Shown here: positions 10,066-18,018 of the stretch, piece after piece
Position numbering within the stretch: the stretch's first letter is position 1
Layout of the letters: each line of letters begins with the position of its first letter
IMG/VR virus record: IMGVR_UViG_3300015214_000029
Span: 1-64,000 of that record
From: a virus
Lineage: Duplodnaviria > Caudoviricetes
DNA: 64,000 nt
Reading direction: 5' to 3' (one strand)
Position numbers and translations under genes: made by a program
The notes under the pieces: model-generated
Database searches by the model: none
Seen by the model: the letters and a program-made list of their open reading frames with translations, nothing else
Told to the model about the DNA's origin: nothing

Positions 10066-10116
10066 AGACGTGAAGAAAGCGCAGGCAGGGCTGCGCAGGT
10101 CGCGCCTGGCCCGAGT

Positions 10117-10353
10117 CTACTGAAGGCAGGTGGTGAGCAGGATGTAGACCACCAGGAGTGCCTGCATTCCCAGGGATGTGGTCTCCAAGATCAATGCCTG
10201 CTCCGGCCCTACCAAGTAGGTACTACCGTCCGGGTTAAGCACGACAAACGTGTCCCGGTCAGAGAGGGCTCCGAGTACGTGGTGTGGAAACTTCTGGTCC
10301 GAGATCACGTCAAGAGTTGACGAAGATGGGAAATCCCACCACGAGCCGGACAT
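10117..10353 (-). CDS. Small hypothetical protein with hydrophobic C-terminus, probably leaderless
   Basis: ATG at 10353 lies 7 nt downstream of a consensus -10 box; 78 aa ending LGMQALLVVYILLTTCLQ. Confidence 0.4.
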   Translation of the reverse strand: MSGSWWDFPSSSTLDVISDQKFPHHVLGALSDRDTFVVLNPDGSTYLVGPEQALILETTSLGMQALLVVYILLTTCLQ

Positions 10354-10359
10354 GCTGTT

Positions 10360-10388
10360 ATTGTAGATTTTAACACTCTCCCTGTCAA
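10360..10388 (-). promoter_or_regulatory. Sigma70-type promoter, leftward
   Basis: TTGACA (10388-10383), 17 bp, TACAAT (10365-10360). Confidence 0.75.
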
Positions 10389-10585
10389 GTATATACTGGG
10401 GTGGGTGGGGTGGGGCGGCCTCTCCCACGCCTCATCTCGCCCATGCCAACATGGTGGTTTCAAGGACGCTCGCTACCTTTGGACCGGGGCAGGGCTCGGG
10501 CAGAGTCCTGCCCTTAGTTTTAGCCGGAGAACGAGTGCTCGTATAATAGTCTCAGACTACTGATCAGGAGTGTAGAGGACATAAC

Positions 10586-11191
10586 ATGAACCGAGAAATT
10601 TCCTTCAGTGGTGCGCTGGCGGCGAAGGTGCAGAAGGCACCTAAAGCCCCTCTCACCTGGCGGGTGCGCAATACCCTGCGCCCGAGCTTCATCCTGGGCT
10701 GGCTGGCAAACCTGTTGGCGAGGTCCTTTACCCTGCTGACCGGCATCCCCACCCTCACTGCCACCCTCTCGGCGCGGCTGATCAAAGCGTCGGGCGAGGT
10801 GGTGGATTACGGAGTGGTCTGTCACCGGGTGGTGACCACTGCCTTTGCCATTGATCTGGTTGACGAACTTCAGGCTTCTCAGGCGACCTTCTCGACGTAC
10901 AGGTATCACGGGTCGGGCACCGATAACACGGCTGAGGATGCGTCGGATACTGAACTGGGCGTTGAGGTGGAGAGTCGGGCATCGGGTACGCAGACCGAAG
11001 CCAGTACAACCGTTTATCGCTCGGTGGGCACTGTGGCTTACACGGCTACGCGCACCATCGTAGAGCACGGGCTGTTCGACTCATCGTCATCGGGTACCCT
11101 GATGGACCGCTCGGTCTTTACCGGCATCGGTGTGAACTCAGGTGACAGCATCCAGTTCACCTACGATCTGACTGTTAACGCCGGGGGCTAA
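10586..11191 (+). CDS. Tail/baseplate structural protein (tail-collar-like)
   Basis: Ser/Thr/Gly-rich beta protein with 'GSGTDNTAEDASDTELG' and 'EHGLF..SSGTLMDR..F' blocks seen in tail-collar proteins. Confidence 0.55.
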   Translation: MNREISFSGALAAKVQKAPKAPLTWRVRNTLRPSFILGWLANLLARSFTLLTGIPTLTATLSARLIKASGEVVDYGVVCHRVVTTAFAIDLVDELQASQATFSTYRYHGSGTDNTAEDASDTELGVEVESRASGTQTEASTTVYRSVGTVAYTATRTIVEHGLFDSSSSGTLMDRSVFTGIGVNSGDSIQFTYDLTVNAGG

Positions 11192-11225
11192 TTCCGTACC
11201 TCTCGGCTAGTCCATAGGGTGCGGC

Positions 11226-14200
11226 ATGTCCCTGGTAGAGAGTCTTGCAGCCAGGCAGGAACGCTCCCGCCTGTATACATACAGCGACGACCCGACCCGG
11301 TTCCGTTGGGTCGGGTCGAATGCTCCCCTGCACTATCATGACGGTAGTGCCTGGCAGACCATCGATCTCACCCCTGAGCGCATCCAGACCTCTGCTTTTG
11401 ACGGCTGGCAGACGACGCAAGCAGGTTGGCACTACCGGCTGGGCCAGCCACAGGGTGGGGCAGATGGTTGGATTGGGTTCGGGGCGCGGCGGGGGGCATC
11501 CTGGCTCGGCTTTCGCCTGGCCCGGGTGGGTTACCTGCGCTGGAATACCCGGGCCTGGCAGGACATTGGCGGGGCCCCCACCTATGATCGGCGGAACCTC
11601 ACCAACACCCCCCGCTATACCTCAGCAGGCGGGGAACTGCTCGCGACGGCGAGCGAGGTCACCTGGGGCGGCATCTGGTCCACCCCCGGGGGCGGGGACC
11701 TATCCCTCAACTTCCTGCTCAACGGCGAGCGACTGAAAGAAGACATTGTCATCAACCAGGCGGGCCGGGAGTGGATCGCCGCCAACCGCCCGCCGACGAC
11801 GCCTGCCAGTCAGACCTGGTTCGGTTTCGTCTTTCAACTGGACTGGACTAACATCCCGCGCGTCGTGCTGAACGGGCTACTCCAGGACGTAGAGGGGGGC
11901 TGGGACGGCAGCGAGCCGGTTGAACTGCGCGACGCGGCAGATGCGCTGCTGGCGTTGCTGCCCCTTGCCAGTCTGACGGTACAGTCCGGGGGCGCGGTGC
12001 TGGCAGAGACTCCCCTGCGGCGGCGCTTCTGGCGCGACCCGGATGGGAACTATTATCTACTGATTGGGGTACGGGTAAATGTCCTAGCCGGGTTGCCTGC
12101 GGGGGATCTGCATTTCGACCCTACCATTCAAGCCGGTCCGGGAGCCGGGGCAGATGATGGTCACTACCGAACAGATGGAAGCTATAATAATAATTTCTCC
12201 AATGCATCGATAGGGGCGTTTTCTTCCACCGTTGATTCTGGTGCCTTTATTCGGGTACCGGGGCTGACCCTAGATCCGGGCGTGACCATCAACCAGGCGT
12301 ACTTTACGTTTGAAGCCCACTCCACCATGTCGGGGTCGCCCTGTAATGTACTCATCACCTTAAATGATGTAGATGACGCAACGGCTCCAGCAGATAACTC
12401 TGCCTGTATCAACGCCGTTCGTACAACGGCGTCTGGGGCTTGGAATGATATCGAGGCGTGGACAGACAACAGCAACTACGATTCGGCAGACTTCTCTGCG
12501 GCTCTACAAGAGGTCATTGACCGGGCAGGCTGGTCGAGCGGTAACGCAATCTGTGTCTACTTTGACAATAACGGCTCCGCCAGCGGCGCTCAGCGACAGT
12601 TCCGCACCTATAATGGGTCTCCCGCCCCGGTACTCACGGTTGAGTATACCGCAGGGGGGTCCACCACCAACCAGTCGGTGGGTGGCACTCTCAGCCTCAG
12701 CGGTGTGGTGGCGGCACTCAAGACGGTCGTCTCTTCTCTGTCCGGAGCGTTGAGCTTCCTGGGACTGGGGGACCCGGAACCCAGCCCGGCCCGCACCCTG
12801 TACCGGATTAACTGCGGGGGTCCGGCCCTGGCGGGCTGGGATGATGATGCCGGGTATTACACGACTGCGGGTAGCGTGGAATCCACGACAACTGCCCAGG
12901 ACACCTCACTGGTACCTGGCGTGCTGCCCGAGGTCTTGCAGACCCACCGCTGGACGCTGCCTGAAGAGGGAGATGTTATCTACACCTTCGACGTGACCGG
13001 GGAGTCGCTGGTCACCGTCAAGCTGTACTTCTCCGAGATTTTCGCTACCTTTACCAAACCGGGCGACCGGGTTATGGACATCTATGTGGATGGGGTGTTG
13101 AAGGCCAACAACTTCGACCCCTACGTGGCGGCGGGCAACGCCCAGCACAAGGGCTCCAAGCTGGAGTACACTGTCACCCCTGCCGGTACCACCCTGGAAG
13201 TTCGAGCCGTGCGTGTCGTCCATGCGCCCATGTTCTCCGCTATCCTGGTGCAGCGTCCCCCGGTAACCGAGAAGATCCTTGCCGGGGCGCTGTCCTTCGG
13301 CGGAGTAGTGGGGCGGGCTGCGCTTTTTGTGAAGTCTCTGGGGGGCGGGATAGCTTTCAGTGGAGTCCCGGCTCTCATTAAGTCTTTTCTACGCTCCTTT
13401 GGCGGGGAGCTTATACCTGGGGGTAGTCTTAGCCGGGTTGTTTCGTCTCTGCGGGCCGGGGCACTAGCCCTCAGCGGGGCAATTAGCGGATTTTTGCAGG
13501 GTAGCCAGCAGTTTGAGATCAACCACGAAGATGGGACTCTGGGAGAGTACGCCTCTCTCGTAGACTCCGCCGACCTTTCTGTAACGGCGGAGGCAGCATT
13601 AGGGGGAACGGATTACGGGCTGGCGGTTGACATTGATGAGACAGCCAGTTATGGGGTTTATGAACTGGCGTCTCCGGTTGCGGCGACTACGGTACGGGCT
13701 CGCTTTTATGTAGACCCAAACAGCGCCACCTTTAGTACGGGCGGACTCGTTTTCCTGCTGTCTGTTTATCCAAATACCGGTATGTATGCCCTGGGGTACG
13801 TGTGGCTGCGGCACGATGGCACGAGTTTTGAACTCTGTCCTGTAGCCGTAACAGACGCCCCCAGTAATCTGGTTGGGGGGTACTACGACATTACGGACGC
13901 CCCACACTATTGTGAGATCCAGTGGACTCGCGCCAGCAGCGATGTTGCCGCAGACGGCACGATGGACTTCTGGGTAGATGGTGTACACCAGGGCACAACC
14001 ACCGACATCGACAACTGGGACATCTGGGGCGGGTCCAGCAGTGAACTCTCTTTTCTGCGCTTTGGGCAGGCATTCCAGAGCGGAACCCTCTCCGGGACCT
14101 TTTATGTTGACGAGCTAGTCATCAACAATACCGGTAATGAGATCGGCCCTCTGGAACAATTATACCAGCAGGTGGTGGGGGGTGTGCTGGCCCTTGCGGG

Positions 14201-15821
14201 AGCGATCAGCAGGCTGTCCGTCCGGGCCTTCAGCGGAGTCCTCGGACTGGCGGGCGGGCTGTCAGCCCTGCCCAACAAGGTACTGGGCGGCTCGCTGGGC
14301 TTGGCGGGGCAGGCATCGCGCCTGATTGCGGTGACCCGGGCGGGCGTGCTGTCGGCAGCGGGTAGTCTCTCTGCCTCGGTGACCCGGGTGCTTCAGCTTG
14401 GCGGGTCGCTGAACTTCAGCAGCCTGCTCAGTCGGGTAATAGCGTCTACTCAGGATGGGTCTCTCAGCTTTGTGGGGGATGTTTACAAGGCATCTACCCG
14501 GCTGCTCTCGGGAGAGGTCTCGTTCGGCGGGGCGGTTGATGTCATCCTGGGCAAGCTGATGCAGGTGGGCGGGGCGCTCAACCTGAGCGGCACCGTCAGC
14601 CGCCTGAACAGCCTTTCCCGGACACTGGGCGGAGCCCTGGACTTCGCCGGGGGTTTGACCCGGCAGGCGGCGGTCAGTCTGGCAGGTAGTCTGGGGTTGG
14701 GCGGGACCCTCGACCGGGTCACAGCCTTCCTGCGCTCGCTGGGCGGCGAGGTCTCGTTCAGCAGCGTGCTCGACCGGCTGTACCAGTCCGGGGCGCAGAC
14801 CTACTACCAGGTGGTCGGGGGTGCGCTCAACCTTGCCAGCCAGCTTCAGCGGGACATCAACCTGGCCCTCGCCGGAGCCCTCGGCCTGGGGGGGCAGGTC
14901 TACAAGGCCAGCAGCCAGGTGCTTGCCGGAGCCCTCGACTTTGCGGGCAGCGTCGTTCAGGTCAGCGGGCTGGGGCAGGTACTCGGGGGTGTCGTGTCCT
15001 TCGCCGGGGACCTGGAGAGGGAGACGCGCAAGACTCTGGTGGGTGTGATAGGCCCAGGCGGGACACTCGGCAGGCAGGTTTCGGTTATTCGAACTGGCGT
15101 GCTAAACTTGGAAGCGAGCCTGGTCCGGCAGACTAACCGCTTCCTGAGCGGGGCGCTCGACCTGGCGGGCGCGGTGGAGCGGACCCTGGGCGGGGTCATC
15201 GAGGCCCTGGTCACCGAGTTGCAGGGCAGCTTCATCGTCAGCAGTGCGCTGGCAGGGCTGTACCGGCTGCGCACCGCACTGCTCGGGCACTTTGCCATCC
15301 TAGACAACCTGCTGGGAGTCTTCTGGCCTGCGACGGATCTGGTGGGCACCGACGAGACGGCGTCTGACCTGGCAGGGCAGTTGATCCTGGGCAGCGAGTT
15401 GACCGGCGCGTTCATTGTCCAGCATTCTTTAGTGGGGGTATACGCGATTGCGACATCACTTGGGGGCAGTCTAATGACCAGTGAGAACCAGAACTTTGAG
15501 ATGTACTCCGGGGACACGCACCACCTGGACATCACGGTACGGGATGCTGACGGTGCGCTCATGGACCTAACAGGGGCGACAATCGAATGGGGTCTGTACG
15601 ACCAGGACGGCACGGTACTCGTTTCCAAGTCAACCGGCTCTGGGATCACGCTTACCGATCCGGTCAACGGCGTCTTCCGCGTGACCATCTCACCGGCTGA
15701 TACAGAGAGTCTGGGCGGAATCTACCGTCATGAGGCACAGGTGACGGACCTGGCTGACCAGGTAGCAACCGTCACGCGCGGTAGGGCCACCATCAAGCCC
15801 GACATAGTTCCCGCCAGCTAG
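11226..15821 (+). CDS. Large tail fibre/adhesin: malectin, LamG-like domains, long G-x-L-x-x-x-G repeat shaft, BppU-like C-terminus
   Basis: 1531 aa; second malectin 'LYRINCGG..LYFSEIF..RVMDIYVDG'; more than 20 repeats such as GGALNLSG; C-terminal 'GDTHHLDITVRDADG..DLTGATIEW..GVFRVTISPADT'. Confidence 0.75.
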   Translation: MSLVESLAARQERSRLYTYSDDPTRFRWVGSNAPLHYHDGSAWQTIDLTPERIQTSAFDGWQTTQAGWHYRLGQPQGGADGWIGFGARRGASWLGFRLARVGYLRWNTRAWQDIGGAPTYDRRNLTNTPRYTSAGGELLATASEVTWGGIWSTPGGGDLSLNFLLNGERLKEDIVINQAGREWIAANRPPTTPASQTWFGFVFQLDWTNIPRVVLNGLLQDVEGGWDGSEPVELRDAADALLALLPLASLTVQSGGAVLAETPLRRRFWRDPDGNYYLLIGVRVNVLAGLPAGDLHFDPTIQAGPGAGADDGHYRTDGSYNNNFSNASIGAFSSTVDSGAFIRVPGLTLDPGVTINQAYFTFEAHSTMSGSPCNVLITLNDVDDATAPADNSACINAVRTTASGAWNDIEAWTDNSNYDSADFSAALQEVIDRAGWSSGNAICVYFDNNGSASGAQRQFRTYNGSPAPVLTVEYTAGGSTTNQSVGGTLSLSGVVAALKTVVSSLSGALSFLGLGDPEPSPARTLYRINCGGPALAGWDDDAGYYTTAGSVESTTTAQDTSLVPGVLPEVLQTHRWTLPEEGDVIYTFDVTGESLVTVKLYFSEIFATFTKPGDRVMDIYVDGVLKANNFDPYVAAGNAQHKGSKLEYTVTPAGTTLEVRAVRVVHAPMFSAILVQRPPVTEKILAGALSFGGVVGRAALFVKSLGGGIAFSGVPALIKSFLRSFGGELIPGGSLSRVVSSLRAGALALSGAISGFLQGSQQFEINHEDGTLGEYASLVDSADLSVTAEAALGGTDYGLAVDIDETASYGVYELASPVAATTVRARFYVDPNSATFSTGGLVFLLSVYPNTGMYALGYVWLRHDGTSFELCPVAVTDAPSNLVGGYYDITDAPHYCEIQWTRASSDVAADGTMDFWVDGVHQGTTTDIDNWDIWGGSSSELSFLRFGQAFQSGTLSGTFYVDELVINNTGNEIGPLEQLYQQVVGGVLALAGAISRLSVRAFSGVLGLAGGLSALPNKVLGGSLGLAGQASRLIAVTRAGVLSAAGSLSASVTRVLQLGGSLNFSSLLSRVIASTQDGSLSFVGDVYKASTRLLSGEVSFGGAVDVILGKLMQVGGALNLSGTVSRLNSLSRTLGGALDFAGGLTRQAAVSLAGSLGLGGTLDRVTAFLRSLGGEVSFSSVLDRLYQSGAQTYYQVVGGALNLASQLQRDINLALAGALGLGGQVYKASSQVLAGALDFAGSVVQVSGLGQVLGGVVSFAGDLERETRKTLVGVIGPGGTLGRQVSVIRTGVLNLEASLVRQTNRFLSGALDLAGAVERTLGGVIEALVTELQGSFIVSSALAGLYRLRTALLGHFAILDNLLGVFWPATDLVGTDETASDLAGQLILGSELTGAFIVQHSLVGVYAIATSLGGSLMTSENQNFEMYSGDTHHLDITVRDADGALMDLTGATIEWGLYDQDGTVLVSKSTGSGITLTDPVNGVFRVTISPADTESLGGIYRHEAQVTDLADQVATVTRGRATIKPDIVPAS

Positions 15822-15828
15822 TCTCGGG

Positions 15829-15853
15829 TCCCCGGGTTTTAGCTCGGGGACCA
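15829..15853 (+). terminator. Stem-loop after the tail fibre gene
   Basis: GGTCCCCGGG-ttttag-CTCGGGGACC; no clear U-tract. Confidence 0.4.
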
Positions 15854-15904
15854 ACCCCCCTATAATACTCACAGGCACAACCGCATACTCTGGGAGAGAA
15901 CTTT

Positions 15905-16864
15905 ATGCGTCTACAAGGTACCGTGCTGATCACGGGCGGCACCGGTAGCCTGGGTCAGGCTATCATCGCCCGGGCGCACAAAGAGAACTGGAATACCACC
16001 TTCGTCGTTTACTCCCGAGATGAGAGCAAGCAGGCCCACCTGACTGCTCGCTTCCCGAATGTGCGCTGCGTGCTGGGGGACATCCGGGATGAGCCCTGGC
16101 TGCGCACCAACCTGCGCGGGGTCGATATCGTCATTCACGCGGGAGCCTACAAGCGGGTCCCCTCGGCCCAGAACAACGCCACTGAGACTGTCAAGACTAA
16201 CGTTATCGGCTCGCTCAACGTCGCTCAGGCTGCGGTCGAGGCGGGGGTGAGGCGGGTGATCGGCATCTCCACCGACAAGGCGGCACAGCCGGTGAATGCT
16301 TACGGGGCGTCCAAGTTCCTGATGGAGTCCCTGTTCCAGAACGCCTGCACCTGGGGGGAGACGATCTTCACCCTGGCTCGCTACGGGAATGTCATCGGCT
16401 CCAGCGGCTCGGTCATCCCCTTCTTTATTCAACAAGCCCTCAGGGGAGACAGCCTGACGGTTACCAATGTTAAGATGACCCGCTTCTGGATCACAATGGA
16501 CGAAGCCATTGACCTGATCCTGCTGGCGTCCAACGAGGACCCGGGGATGGTACTGGTGCCCAAAGCCCCGGCGATGAAGGTCTTTGAACTGGCCCAGGTC
16601 GTGCGCGATATGTACGCGCCCGGCCTGCCCATCGTCGGCACCCGCATCCGGGCGGGGGAGAAGATCCACGAGTGCATGGTCACGGCTGCGGAATCCTATC
16701 ACACCCTGGAGTTGCCCAACCACTTTGCCATCCTGCCCTCAACATCCGGGCGTGACGGCACGATGCCGCCCGGCAGCGAGTATGTCAGCAGTTACCCGAG
16801 CCGTTGGTTGAGCCATGCTGACATGGAAAGCCTGATCGACCAGTGGGAGTTTCGCCGTGTTTGA
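15905..16864 (+). CDS. UDP-sugar 4,6-dehydratase (PseB/CapD-like extended SDR)
   Basis: 'ITGGTGSLG' NAD(P) motif, 'ISTDKA', 'YGASK' (YxxxK), 'RYGNVIGSSGSVIPFF'. Confidence 0.9.
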   Translation: MRLQGTVLITGGTGSLGQAIIARAHKENWNTTFVVYSRDESKQAHLTARFPNVRCVLGDIRDEPWLRTNLRGVDIVIHAGAYKRVPSAQNNATETVKTNVIGSLNVAQAAVEAGVRRVIGISTDKAAQPVNAYGASKFLMESLFQNACTWGETIFTLARYGNVIGSSGSVIPFFIQQALRGDSLTVTNVKMTRFWITMDEAIDLILLASNEDPGMVLVPKAPAMKVFELAQVVRDMYAPGLPIVGTRIRAGEKIHECMVTAAESYHTLELPNHFAILPSTSGRDGTMPPGSEYVSSYPSRWLSHADMESLIDQWEFRRV

Positions 16865-17558
16865 GCCGCTGTATGTCATCCTGACCACCTACCTGCGCCA
16901 GCAGGAAGCCCTGCGCACAGTAGACAAGGTCCTGGCTAACTTTGAGTATGAGGGTGATCTGCGCTGGATCATCGTGGACGATGGCAGTCCCGAGGTTGAG
17001 GACCGGCCCTACGTCTACCCGCTGATCGAGGCTATTGAGACGGCGGGGCACGAGGTCATCAAGGTCTACAACAGCGAGCGGCGCGGGGTGGGGCACGGGA
17101 TGAACGTGGGTATTCGCACCGTGCTGGGACACGAGGGGCAGGTCTTCCTGATGCTGGAAGATGACTGGGAACTGCTGGACTTGGGTTACGACTTCACCCC
17201 GGATGTGGACCTGCTGCTGGGGCACGAGGACATCGGCATGATCCGCTACGGCTACCTGGCAGCGGGTATGAGCTTCCACCTCTTCGGGCGGGATAACCGG
17301 CTGTGGTTCCGCATCGAGCCCCACCAGTATAAGTTCTCGGGCCATCCCAGTCTGCGCCATGTGCGCTTTCACCGGGCTTACGGGATGTACCGGGAAGGAC
17401 TGCCGCCCGGGGAGACAGAACTGAGCATGTGTGCCCAGGTCAACCAACACCCGCAGGGACCCATGATCATCACCCCCTGCTACTACACGCAAGCCTATGG
17501 GCTGTTCGGTCACATCGGCACGAACTCGCTGAAGAATGAGCAGCCCCGCAAGGAGTAG
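16857..17558 (+). CDS. Glycosyltransferase, GT-A fold (GT2-like)
   Basis: 'ILTTYLR', 'IIVDDGS', 'LMLEDDW' (DxD-type); overlaps the dehydratase stop. Confidence 0.75.
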   Translation: MFEPLYVILTTYLRQQEALRTVDKVLANFEYEGDLRWIIVDDGSPEVEDRPYVYPLIEAIETAGHEVIKVYNSERRGVGHGMNVGIRTVLGHEGQVFLMLEDDWELLDLGYDFTPDVDLLLGHEDIGMIRYGYLAAGMSFHLFGRDNRLWFRIEPHQYKFSGHPSLRHVRFHRAYGMYREGLPPGETELSMCAQVNQHPQGPMIITPCYYTQAYGLFGHIGTNSLKNEQPRKE

Positions 17559-17562
17559 GGCA

Positions 17563-18018
17563 ATGGGAGCCCGGGCCTACGACAACCAGGAGCGCCACCA
17601 GGTCTTCTGCTCGCGCTGCCGCCGCTGGTTCGACACCAGCGTGCCATATCGTAAGGACCGCTCGCAGATCTTTTTCTGCCCGGTATGCGGGCATGGTGAG
17701 GTCGCCAACTACCTGGTCAAGCGCAACGTGCGCCGCCAACGGTGGGACCGGGACATGGATCGCTGGGTCACAGTAGATATTGAGTATGGCGAGTTCTGCC
17801 CCAAGTGCGGGCAGGAGATGTCCTGGACCAACGATGGGGAGTGGTACTGCCGCTGCGGGCACTGGATCAAACCGGTGGTGGCAAAGAACCCGGGGGATAA
17901 AAATGTTGTCGGGGTGGCCTGCCCCCAGTGCAACTACACCGTTTATGTAGACCGCAACAGCGGCTTCTACTACTGCTCGTGTGGGACCACTCTAGCCCGC
18001 TTTGAGGTGGATAAATGA
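17563..18018 (+). CDS. Multi zinc-ribbon protein
   Basis: Several CxxC/CxC pairs in 151 aa; AGGAG RBS upstream of ATG 17563. Confidence 0.6.
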   Translation: MGARAYDNQERHQVFCSRCRRWFDTSVPYRKDRSQIFFCPVCGHGEVANYLVKRNVRRQRWDRDMDRWVTVDIEYGEFCPKCGQEMSWTNDGEWYCRCGHWIKPVVAKNPGDKNVVGVACPQCNYTVYVDRNSGFYYCSCGTTLARFEVDK

